A stretch of 64,000 nucleotides of DNA from assembly GCA_001949185.1 (NCBI GenBank), contig BDGG01000005.1, positions 1,291,249 through 1,355,248 on the forward strand, read 5' to 3'. Below are positions 23,401-35,600 of this stretch, in pieces. The position numbers and the translations under genes are program-made. Below the pieces are notes generated by a model. That model did not search any database and had not been told where the DNA came from. It was given only the letters and a program-made list of their open reading frames with translations. Source of the DNA: Ramazzottius varieornatus. Lineage: Eukaryota; Animalia; Tardigrada. How positions within the stretch are numbered: position 1 is the stretch's first letter; every line of letters starts with the position of its first letter.

Positions 23401-26400
23401 CGGCATGAACCCCAACCTCATGTCGTCCCCCCCACCATTGATGATGCCCCGTAACGATATGTTTATGGAGAAGCGCGGCGGTATGCCCAGCTTCGGTCCA
23501 CAAGGTCCTCCTCCATTCATGATGCTACCACAAGGTAGGCCAAGTGAGAGATCGGCAAACAAAACGTGCAAGATCGGTATCCCAAGTCGCGCATAGCTCC
23601 ATTGTTTTTGCCTGGAAGCGTGCGCCACTTGAGACAGCGATCTGGTCGAACTTGTTCCAGTGGCGGACGTCTCCATTATTATTGGCTGGAAGCAGCGCCA
23701 CGTAGGACGGCGATTTTAAAAGTTTCGTTCACCGGTCTCCCAAGTGTCTTATTTGATTGATCAATCAGTACATCTTGTTTTATCGAAGGCCCTCCACCGG
23801 GTTTCATGGATCAGCGACTCCTTCTTCAATCAATGCCTCCACCCTACGGTCTTTTCCCACAAGACATTGCCTATCCTTTCGTGCAAATGCAGCAGAACCA
23901 GTGGCAGCCTCCTATGGCCCTGCCTGAAGGTGTCCTCATTGCTGAACAGATCCCGATCGTCGTCGAGGTCTCCAACAACGACAGCTCGGCACCCAACCCA
24001 CAGTTGATCCAAGCACTGTTTGGTGAGACCGAGCAGCAGGTTGCCAATGGCGGATCGGGACCTTCGTCTCCCAACAAGAAGGACCAGGAGTACCACACCA
24101 TGCTACCTAGCGACCCTAGTCAAGACCAGACTGTGGCGGTCGATGAGGCCTTTATCGTGGTGAAGGGTAGCGACGGACAGGCTGAATCGGAAGAAACCGT
24201 TGTCACTGATGCCGATGACGACAACTCAGATGACGAGGACAGCATCTCAGTCCAAGATGCGGAGTATGTCTTCCTCATCACCGAACCACAGTAAGAATTC
24301 CGACATGAAAATTAACAACACTACACTGTAAGTTTGTACAGCGCTGAATATGCATCCCTTCCTGTGGTTACGTGGTCTTATAACATCAATCAATGCTAAC
24401 TAACGTCTCGTGACCACCCAAAGGGATGCATTTTCAGCACTGTATAAGAAAGGGTGGAAATCTGAGAAAAACCGACTGCGCCATAGTTGTACTGTTAGAT
24501 GTATCGCGGCTACCTTGAATATAACATCCTGTTGGGCTTCCCGTAGTAAAGAAGAGCAAGATTATAATATTATTTTATTTTTACAGATTGGACTACGATG
24601 AAGCCCGCTACTTGCTCAGCTGGCTTTCCGTTGTCTTGAATATGCCACCAAACACCTTCTACGATATGACCACGTAAGTAACGTCTCCTGAAAAATGAAA
24701 GCAATAAATTTATCGATCCTCGGTTGATACTGGGTAACATTAATTCCGCTTTCTGTTTCAGGAGCAGTGATGGTCTCATCACTTTCCGCGTCAACCCCGC
24801 CATGGAGCAACTCAACGCTACCTTCATTGCCCAGACTCTCGGTGGCGAGGAACTTCGAGCCAATCTCCGCACCATCAACAACCTCCAGATCGTCCGAGCC
24901 GGTGTGGGTCGCTACTCCATGGAAGAGTCGACGGTAGGCGTTCCTCAGCTGCAGTTCCAACAGACCGCCGTTGTGCAGTCTGAATCAGCCGCAGCCGCCG
25001 AAGCGGAAATCGCCAAGAAGTATGACGTTGTCGACCCAACCTTCGCTTTCATCGTCACCGACCCAGCGTAAGCCATCTTTGGAATGATCTCCCATTTACG
25101 TAACGTACTTTCCGCACTTCTATGGTTGACCTTCTCGTGTGCTTGTTTCGTAACTAGGCTGACGTACGACAAAGCTCGTCGTATGCTGAACTGGCTCGCC
25201 GCTAAGCTCCAAGTACCTCACACCATCTTCTCGAGCCTCCAGTAAGTCCATTCTGAAAGTGGGACGTGCGAAAATGATCTGAACCAGGTCGTTCTTCCAA
25301 GTGGTGCAGACTTCCACCCAGCGACAACGGAAAGGTGCGCCGCTTCAGACAGCGATCTGGTTCAGTTTGCCTATGTCTCAAGTCATCCAGTGAAGGACTA
25401 AACTTGAGCTTGAAGTTGGGATGACACCCTTTAATTTTAGTATCGAGGATAACCAGCTGTTATTCCGCGTCAGTCCCTACTTCAGTCAGATGAACGCATC
25501 AGGTGTAGTGGATCATTTATCCGACGCCAACATCCAGGCGCTCCTGCGTCAGGAGTTCCAAGTGGAGATTATCCGAGCTGGCATCGGAGACCGGGTAATT
25601 ATCCAGCCATACTGTACTCTGACGGGAAGTTCCCCATCTGGCAAGCTCCCATTGACATTTTTCGTGACTGCAGGTGCAAATTGTCAAGGCTGATAATAAG
25701 CAGCGTCAGAACTTGCTGATCGGTCTGGTGGCGGTCGCGTGCGTTGCTGCTCTACTGATTAGCTTGGCTATCATCTACCTGATCCGACGAAACAGCATCA
25801 TGCGCAAGAAGTTGTACGGTATGGGCGGCGATGTGGAATCCAGCAAGGAATACGAGGTAAAGATCGTTCCCAGTGATGTGAACGTTTACGGCCCACCCAT
25901 GGGACAGGTCAAGTTCATTCCAGTCCAAATGCACGATTCCAAGTAAATCTTTCCCCAAGGTCTGAAAATGTATAAACTAGTACCTCCAGATGTTCACTCG
26001 CTTTTTTCTGTTGATTTTTACTTTCGCACTGGTCGATCCTTCCAGAGTTTTATCTGAGCTTTCTATACTCTGATTTCATCATTTCTGTCAGTCATTGAGT
26101 TCATGTCTTTTTATTTTCGCTGTCCACAATTGTCATGATTTCTGTACTTGTGCGCGTACATACCCAGGTCTCTCGTTAAACAACGCCACGAAATGACCTT
26201 GGGTTTGATTTTCGTCGTCCTTGCATGTTTGTTCGAGTTAAATCTTATGCGAAACATGAACGCTATCCCAAAATATGTTTGTGTTGCATGACTGTTCAGC
26301 TTGTTCTTTGAAATTTACTCACAGCATGACAAGGTTAGCATGTACGTAGCGACAGTAGCGTTCTGTGTGCACCCGGTATCGTCGCAACTACAGTGTTTTG

Positions 26401-28800
26401 TCAGTGCATGTTGTATGGCTGAAGAACGAGCGCCTAAAGCGAGGAGGGAATTGATAGGCCGTGGGTTCGTTATTGGAAGAACTAATTAGGCACTCTATTC
26501 ATGCACCTGCCGGGAATGTAGATCAACATCCCACAGAGAAAATTACTCCAGAGACTGGAGTCCCACCAAATCATCTGGCTCGTGTGGCACAGTCGGCTTC
26601 ACGAGCGGAAGAAAACACGGCAGGATATCGAGAAATATTCCAGATGAGTAGCTCGAGGGAACCAAGCCCCGGCGTGGTGTTTTGAAAGGAGCTGATTAGC
26701 GCGAGCAGCTTTGGAGTACCACGTCTCCGGTTTAGGAGGAATTGGACACTGACGCAGCCGGCTTGCTTCCTTACAATGTCACCACTAATTTCTCCTTTTC
26801 AGCAACTGTGCCGACAGCGAATGGCAAGCAAGAACCTCGAAAGCAACATCACGGGTTCGCCGGATAGAGGCGCTGTCGATCGCACCACACACAGCAGCAC
26901 CTCGTCGTGGTAAGTGGGTCCTTCCTCATTTGTACCTTTCTGCAACTATACTGTGCCGGTTGGCGACAGCCCACTTTACTTCACCGTACCAACTCTAGCG
27001 AAATCTGTTTCTCGAGTAGCGTTCTTAGGCTGTTGATTTCTGGTCAAGGCTCTGAATCTACTTGCCCAAAGAGGAGCCAGATTTTCTTCGGCTGTCTGTG
27101 CACACTTCAAGCTTTTCTTCGTTTATAGGAGCGAAGAGCCGGCACCGACTAACATGGATATTACGACCGGACACATGGTTCTGGTAAGAATTCCTAAAAT
27201 ATAAATTTTATCGTAGGAAAACACGCATACGAATTTATTACATAATCTAGCGTACTACCCACTGTATGATTTAACGAAGCAACCAGACGAACAATCTACT
27301 GTAGACAAACCGGGACATTCTTTTTTCCTGCAGTCGTATATGGAAGATCATCTGGCACACAAGGACCGAATGAACAAGGAATGGGAATCATTAACCACAT
27401 ACGAGGCTGATCCACGCTGCGTGGAAGCCGGCTCCAAGTTGGAGAACCTTATCAAAAATCGATATCCCGACGTACTGCCATGTAAGTTTTCTTCCAAACC
27501 CATTTTCTGTCGTTGATTAACAATCTGGTGCATGCCGTGAGGGAAATTGTACCGTACTTGATTTCCTGTTGACGTTCCATGCGCCAAATACGGACGGCAT
27601 TGTGATAATAAGTTTCTGTCATCCCAACCTACGCACGAGCTTTTGACCTTCCAGATGATCATACTCGAGTTCATCTGAACCCCGACGTCAACATTACCAA
27701 GTCCGACTACATCAACGCCAATTTTATCGTAAGTGCGATTGCGGCGACCTCACTTAATAGACCTTACGTTAGCTGAAAAAAACATGACGGGGTTTCTCCT
27801 TTCCAAACAACTCACAATGATGTTCCTCACCGCAATATCAGTGATCAAGAACATAGACTAAACTCAGGTGTTCACCCAGGTCGATGCCGATCCGAAGAAC
27901 CCAACATACATTGCAACGCAAGGACCTTTGCCGGAAACCGTAGCTGACTTCTGGCAGGTTAGTGGTTCGTAAACTTGCTGTGCGTTCCGCTTGAGTAGTT
28001 TAACCGTACTTTGATCCAGTGATCGACGCAAATCGACTGATTAGCTGATTCATCGTACATTTCCAATTCGCAGATGGTTTGGGAAAGGAATTCGACAGCT
28101 ATCGTCATGCTGACAAAACTACGCGAGCACGACCAGGATCTCTGCCATATCTATTGGCCTAAGGAAGGAAGTGAAGTGTACCACAACTTTGAAGTCCATC
28201 TGGTCAGCGAACACATCTGGTGCGACGACTATCTTGTTCGCAACTTCTACTTGAAGAACTTGAAGAGCAACGAGACGCGCACAGTCACACAGTTTCACTA
28301 TCTCAACTGGCCTAACCTCGGAGTACCGACTTCGCTGAAAACGTTCCTGGAATTCCGTCGGTAAGGAACATACTGAAACGTGTGGCATATCGTAGAAAAA
28401 TTCATGAATTGAAATATGAACGTGAGTTTATATCATTTCGAGGAAGTTTTCGCTACATATCGAGTCTTGGCAGCAAACTGAATGACGATTATTTGAAACA
28501 GTGGACGAATGTACGACTTTTCCTATTTACAGAAAGGTGAACAAATGTTACAAAGGAGGCTCGTCCCCCATCGTCGTCCACTGCAGCGATGGTGTTGATC
28601 GAACCGGAGCGTACTGTCTGATTGACTTGGTCCTTAACCGAATGGCCAAGGGAGTCAAGGAGATTGATATTGCCGCTACGCTCGAACACCTCCGTGACCA
28701 GCGGGCGGATGTCGTACGAACCAAAGAGCAATTCGAGTTCGTCCTAACGGCTGTTGCGCAGGAGATCCAAGCCATTTTGAAGTCCATGCCACAAAAGTAG
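20495..28800 (+). CDS. IA-2: IA-2/phogrin (PTPRN/PTPRN2) receptor-type pseudophosphatase of dense-core vesicles; signal-peptide exon(s) not firmly located
   Basis: Exon 20495-20545 [17 protein letters not shown] plus DALFGTC...[10 protein letters not shown] (RESP18-homology region). IA-2 ectodomains, [80 protein letters not shown]. Confidence 0.93.
20780..20945. repeat. 27-nt-spacer dyad elements, two abutting copies (IA-2 intron)
   Basis: CAACTAGAGCA (20801-20811), 27 nt, TGTGCCTCTTG (20839-20849). CAAGTGGCGCA (20875-20885), 26 nt, TACGCCATTCG (20912-20922). Outer TCGACCAGATC / GATCTGGTCGA. Confidence 0.75.
23562..23652. repeat. 27-nt-spacer dyad element (IA-2 intron)
   Basis: CAAGTCGCGCA (23583-23593), 27 nt, TGCGCCACTTG (23621-23631), then AGACAGCGATCTGGTCGAA. 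Confidence 0.85.
25277..25367. repeat. 27-nt-spacer dyad element (IA-2 intron)
   Basis: TGAACCAGGTCGTTCTTC-CAAGTGGTGCA (core 25298-25308), 27 nt, TGCGCCGCTTC (25336-25346)-AGACAGCGATCTGGTTCA. Confidence 0.85.
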
Positions 28801-29242
28801 AAAAATGCCAAATGGGCCAGGACGTTCTCTACCATCTGTTCCAGAACGCCGGTCGATTGTGATAACAAGAACGAACTGATACAATGTCATTCCCAGGAAA
28901 CTTTCCAGTCTCACAACACAATCAAACATATCACACAGAAAACTGGTCTTCGAACATGAAAAGTTGTTGCTTTATTTTTCACACTCACGTTGCGGCTGCT
29001 TGCTTAATTTTGTTTTCTGCGATAAAAATTATGGCACTGTTTTTGAAGAAGATCCTAACACAGTATTTTTTTAGTTTAGCTTCCTTTTTCAGTTTGCAAC
29101 ACACGCATTCGCAACAGCTGGCGTGGTGCATTAGTACATAAAAACCCAAAAACACCATCAATATAGCTTTCCTAAAAACACAGGGAAAAACAGAACTGTT
29201 TAAGAACTAAGAAAGTAAAAAGGGGCTTTTCGTGCTCCTACT

Positions 29243-32200
29243 TCAAGGTCCATAAGCAATTACGCCCATTCTGATTAAAGGTAGCTTTTGCCAAAGCTCC
29301 GGATATATTCTCAATTTTGCCGTGTTCAAGCTATGGGAGAACCTGACGGAAAAGACGGTTTGCACCTGCTCCCTGTTCAGCACAGGTATGGTTGTGATGA
29401 TAAACGGGGTCGGCTTCCCAAGATGGGATAGCCAGCGCCACTCATTGTCCTGTGGATCAAGGAACTGCAGGTAAAAAGCTCGCAACATGGCCGGAAGTCC
29501 TTCGCGTAAAGCTCCCATGAATAACAGCTGCTCCACTTTCCGCTTCCTACCGAGGTCGACCTCCAGCGATACATGATTGTTGTGGTTCTGTGAAGTCTTG
29601 ATCGTGCTAAGAAGACGCAGGTTGACGTAGCCGTCACCGCGCAAGTCCGGAAGATGTTTGAGGTTCTCGACCTGTAAATCGCAACGTAACAATTATTCCT
29701 CTGATTCCAAAACGAGTCTCAAGGTTGCCTCCAAAGGTTGTTCGACGTGCCTTCTTATCGTTATCAATTTCATAGAACAGAATTTCCTTTGAAGGTATCT
29801 GGGAGCATTTATTCGGTCGTAAGTGCTTTACTGGGCTCCCCGATTGTTTGTTCTTTCTCCTTGCTCTAACAATTTGCACTCTTCTTCTACCGGGACTTGG
29901 TTTTCTTCTGTTGGTGGCGGGTATAGCTGCGGTACAAGCTTCCACATCCACTTTGAAGTAAGGCCTGCCGCTCCATTGTAACGGGTAAAATCTGTACAAA
30001 GTAGCAAATTTTGAGAGTCATAACTGACAACATGACAAAACAGAACGCCCATCTACCAAACGGACACGTACCTGATCATAGAAACGTGAGGGACGAACCG
30101 GGTAAGTTTTTCCACAAGGACACGTCTTTGACCGGTTTTTCTCCTGTGGGGAGCCGCCAGGAAGACCTCGGAGAAACAAACTAAGAACCGGAAGTAAGAC
30201 TGCAGAAAATACCACGAAGCGTAGATATCAGGTAAATTTACTCGAGGGATGTGGTCGGGTCTCGCCAGAAATTGCCAAGCGTTTAAAGATGGCCCGAACA
30301 CTTTGACCATATAAGTCGAAACAGCGCCCCCTACACCTCTTTGTACGCTGCCGGCGATTCTCCATCCGGTGACAGTACGTGGTCTACCGAACCTAATCTG
30401 TGGAACAGGTACAGACAGAGCCATTACGTCCATAGGTTTTGCGCGTCGTTCGGTAAGCAGAGATCGTATGCTTACTGTACCTCCAAGTGAACCTTATCGT
30501 TCGGCTCTGAGTTCGCATCAACCAAGGGGAAAACGAACGGAGTTCGAGAAGTCCATTTTGCGTTAGCTGCTTTTGCCGATAGGGGACAGGTAAAACTTTC
30601 TTTGGGCAGCTTGTGAGTGAAGTACCCTTTCTGGCATCCTCTGGACGGGTCTCGTCTGCGAATCAAGCTTCGCCGGCGAACGAAGCTGGCTCCGCGAGCC
30701 GAAAGACTTCTTGATCCTTTGCGGCGTGACGTTGCTCGGGTCGGGCCTTGGGCACGGGTATCTCTGCTTGACGATTTCCGAGTACCACTGCGTCTTCTCG
30801 GCTGACGACCATTTCTCCGAACTTTGCTTCTATGACAAGAAGGGACCGAGCATAGTCGCCTCTGATGTAGCAGCTCCCGATCGCATCTTCTTGGTATTGA
30901 ACATGACCGAACTCGAACACGGAAGGACTTTCCACATGTGGCCGAACAAGGTGACCAAGCTCCCCAAGGTCCCATCTTTGCTTGCTTCATTCCTGTGAAG
31001 CAAACCAGAATTCAGTTGAATAGGCCAGGCTGAGGACAGTTCTAGTCATCGGGTATTTGATGGGCGTACCTTCTGGACACTTTTCACGCAGTTTACATGC
31101 AGCTCGTTCCCGGAGCATCTCTTCATCGCAGTTAACGCTCGAAACTAAACATTTCCTTGTTCGCTCGCGCATACCCTCCCCGCACACGCCCATGCAGCCA
31201 GACCATTTCCTCCACGATCCGTATATTCTACGCGTAGGGCTTCTTTTCCGTCCAGCCAGTGCAGGTCCCATGCTAGCCGGAGTAGGCCTTCTTCTAGGCG
31301 GAGCCGATTTTCTTTTAGCCAGATACGGTTCCCTTCTTCTCGAACTCTCTCTGAACGCGGCTCCCTTTGTTGACTTCCTTCGGGTGGAAGGATAACCCCT
31401 ACGTCTGACACCAGTCCAACGTCTGGCACGAGTGTTGCCTGGTCGCACTTCACGGTACTTTCTGGGATTCCTTCCACGATACAACTGTCTTGAAAGCCAG
31501 TGTCTCGGTAGGCCTGAGAAAAAGAAGCAAGGTTACACACAAAATCAGCAGGCAAAGCTCGAGAAAGTATCGACGTCCAGCTTGTGGAAAAGCGCCGTTA
31601 AAAAAGATTTGACGCGTTCTAAGGTTACAGCTTCAGCTTAACAGTTTTTTTCCACTCTACCACGGGAAGTCCACAGTGACTTCACTCTTTTGCATCGTAC
31701 GTGCTTTTCAAAGCTACGGCACAGATTTAACGGTTGAATGGAAAACAACTGAATGAAAATGGAAGTCATCCCGATAAGCCAGACGGTGGAAAATGAGCGA
31801 ACAATTTACGGTACTCGAGCGGAGGCATCTCGTGATTTCCCAGGTTCATTTTGACGCGCAGCTTCAAATTCCCGTTTTCATCCCCAATCCCAGAGCTGAT
31901 CGGTACAAACTCTCGAAACGTATAGTCATCGTAGTCGTTGCCACCATTCCGGTTACCATGAGGCAACGTTCGCTGACCTCGCTCGTGAGCTTCGAACGAC
32001 ACATTCTTCCCGATGAGACCCGACTCTCTCATGGACATCCTTTCTGCATCCGGATTGATCAACCTCAAATGCTTCACCTCATTCTGAATCAACTCAGCCT
32101 CATTCCGAAAAGACTGCTGACCATCGGGAACCTCCAGTTCAGTCAGATACCCATGATACGGATGCACAGGCCTGAGTTGTGCGTCTTCCTCGTATAAAGG

Positions 32201-32338
32201 CAAGTATGGGGAGGATATATCAGGAAGACTATCCGGTTGATAGTGTGCAAGAGTACAGCGGGTAGTAATCTCCAATAGAATCGACACCAAATTCAGCAGC
32301 AAATTTGTGCAGTTGACATCGCGACTACGAAGTCGCAT
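29243..32338 (-). CDS. Secreted protein: signal peptide, two TSP1 repeats, two divergent F5/8 type C (discoidin) domains, Arg/Lys-rich linkers
   Basis: Hydrophobic N-terminus. W..WSGC.G.CG.G.RERTR.C and WGAWSPCSATCG...RVRSC (TSP1). LE.RFGRPRTVTG...RFYPLQWSG...VEAC and LEVDLGRKRKV...LRIYPELW...IRMGV (F5/8C-like). Confidence 0.75.
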
Positions 32339-32610
32339 ACTGGTCGAAACAACTCGCTTGTAGGATCTTCTTCATGTCTGTATATCTGTCATCCCGGAAG
32401 CATCTCTCCTCTCCTTATTATCGAGAGAACGAAGAAAAGATTCTGTGTTGCTATTCAACAAACATTCAGAAACAGTTTCGTAAAAGTTAGACAATTTGGG
32501 GAAATGTTTTAGCGAAATGCTTCTCACAAATAATAGACAGGTAAAATCTTTGGTAATTTTGTAATCTGATCACCCAAAGGCGAAAGGAAAAGTATCGAAA
32601 AATAAACGCT

Positions 32611-35600
32611 CTAAAATCCCAATAGCTTATTTTGTAAAATTTCGTAGCATATTCGTCTTCGGAAATACGGCATGTGCTCCTGCGAATAAGACTGCCATGA
32701 AACTTCTGAGAAGGAAGCGAACACTTTTCAGTCTAAGGGGTTTAACACAAGCTTACCTGATTGAAGTCAATGTTCTTTCCCCGAGACACGAAGTCAGCGA
32801 ACTTCAACATGAACACCCCACAATCGCACATGTTTTTCTGCTGGGGAATATCCTGCAACACATAATATCCGTTGAAATAATTCAGAAGACATTCGTGAGA
32901 ATGATTAATGAGTATTGACTTGCTCTTACCTCTTCCTCAGCTACCGATATGAAGTCCCACTCTTCCCAGTCCAGAGAGATATTGGACCAGTGCGGATGGT
33001 TACTGCCCTTGTCTTTCTTTTCTTCTTCTAGGTACGTTCTGCAACAAGAACCAAAGATCCAGACCTGTTCATCATCAAAAGAAAACTTCCCACGCTCCAG
33101 TACCTCAGTAGGCGGAAGCACTGCTCATTCTTGTGGCCGAGTGAGTCGTAGTAGCGCATTTGCTTCTTCTTCAAATCTATCACCTGCAAAACAATCCATT
33201 GAAAAAACAGCACACTTATCCAAAAACGGATAAGACTGAAAACTTACAGCTAGGCACCAGTGGCTGGAAAGGTGGACAGGAACGAGGATCAGGTCGAATG
33301 AGAAGAGATCGATCTTCTTGGTCCACCGCTTAAGGCTGGCGTAGCCTCTGTTCATGAGCTGCGTGTAGAAGAAGGTGTTGAAGGCGTGGACTTTCGGGAA
33401 ATCCTGTCGCCGAGTACTTCTGTCCATGATCATTTCGAGGAAGAAATTGGCAATCTGAAAAACGTGGATTCCATCAGTCTACCATTTGAGATCAAATTTG
33501 GACCTATGCAAACAGAATCATCAAAACCCTTTTTCCAAGTGGCGTACGCTTTCCGCCAATAAAGGTGATAATCCGCGCCACTTGGGAAAAAATCTTGTTG
33601 AGTTTGTTTCTCGAGCTCCCATTTCAGAGCCGACCGATGCTAGCAAATCACGTGAAAGATGATCATCTTTTTTTCAATTTAACAAGTTCGGGAACGTTAA
33701 GAGAAAATACTGGAACGTTTCCATACCTCATCGTTCAGCCAGTTCAAGCCTTTCAGTGTGGCGAAGTCTTTCCTTGTCATCTTCACTCGGAAAGCTTCAG
33801 TCAGGACTTCGTCTGTTCTTCCGGAGGCAAACGCTCTGTCGATGGCTTCTGTTGCGTCGCCATTCAGAGCTACAAAAGAAAACCCCCGTACCCGCCGTTT
33901 AGCAACGAAGAAAAAGAACGGGAAAATGATGAGGGGCAGACTTACGAATGTAGTCCACGTCGTCAACTGCAATTAATTTCGTACGTTTGCTCAGGTCGTC
34001 AAGAATACGATTTTGGCGCTAAAAAATAATAATCAATATTAACGGAAAACGTACACACCGGTTTTCGAAGATCTGATAACTGAGCCAAGATATTCAACCT
34101 CTGGGCTGACTGCTGGCTGTGTGCGATACACATCGCGGTAAAAATCTTCTGCAGACCGCTCATCTTCGCTCCTGAAAAGAAGGACAACCCGATGTTAGGC
34201 TTCCGAGCACCATCAAAAACACTGTAACGAACTGTAATCTGTCGATCTTTAGTATCAGCAAGACCTCAGGTTGTTGAGTAAAGATCAAAAATCGGTCTTA
34301 CGGTGATGTGGTAGGCCTCCTGCCAAAAGTCTGCTGAGCACGGGCATCACGTCGCTTCTTTTCAGTATCCCAGTCAATGGTTTTCGTGCGTCTTAAGGGG
34401 CTCTGCAGTAGCACCCCTTCATCAAACAGAAGAAGAACTTGTACTGCCTTGTATTCCACCCGTAACTCAACTCGACAAACAAACTCGACAGCATTGTTTC
34501 GCCAAAAGGTACACATTTGCAATGTTATCAGCTGACACTGTGCGCAACTTTGAAAAATGATCTTTTCGAGTTTGTTTGCTCTGAACCCGGTTTTCTTATC
34601 ATACAGAGAACGAGTGTCAGACTTACGGATTTCATCGTCCGAATCTTCAATGGTGACAACGTCTGGCAGAGCTGTAAATACAAGAACAAAATGGAGACCA
34701 CAAAAGGGAGTATACTTCGAAGATGAGGAACGGAAACGAAACTCACACTTGGGTTCTTCTGGTATCCTGTTGGCTTTCGAAGTCAAGCCGTTCTTTTGGT
34801 CCGAGAAGACAGACGTTGTACCAGTACGATGGAGTTTGTTTCGGAGATGCGTGGAGAAAGAATCTTCGAGGCGAACCGTAGAAAATCCATTCGTTGGCTT
34901 GTGACGATAAGGCTTCCGAAAGGCCAGATCGAGAGGAGCATTCTGTTGAGTACTTTTTAGCTTTTCCAGTGCAGTCGTCGGAACGTTCTTCAGATACTCA
35001 GAAAACGGTGCAGGGATTGGCTTCTGTGGACAGAGGCAAGCCACAGAGTAAAGTAACACCCCACCACGGCCGACCAAAAATAGGAAAATAACTCACTGAC
35101 TGTCGAAGAGTGGATCCAAAGCCTATCGATGGTTTCGACAAAGGGAAAGCAGAGATCCTTCCAGCATCAGCAAACCGGTTATCGTTCACCCTGAAAAAGA
35201 AACATAATGCAATGGTCTAAGACTCTAAGAACGTAGCATACCCCATAGGTCACAAAATCGATCATCTTCTCCAAGTACACGAATTTCGCGAAATTCCGCA
35301 AGATTTTCATTCAAGATTCACGATTCACGAAAGAAATCAGGGCCAAATTCCCGAGAAAAATCAACGAGAGCTCGCCATACGAGCTCGAAAGGATCGTTTT
35401 CCCAAGTGGCGCACATTTCCGGTCAACCGCACTGACGTAGTGCGCCGCTAGGGCAAACGATCTGGCCAAGTTTGTTTGCCCAGCACGCAAGAATATTTGT
35501 AGATTACCAGTCAACAGTTGAGTTGTTGAGCGTATCCCGCTCGGCGAATCCATTCCCGATGAGGACCGAAGGAAATCTTGCCCTGGGTATAGCCGTCGAG

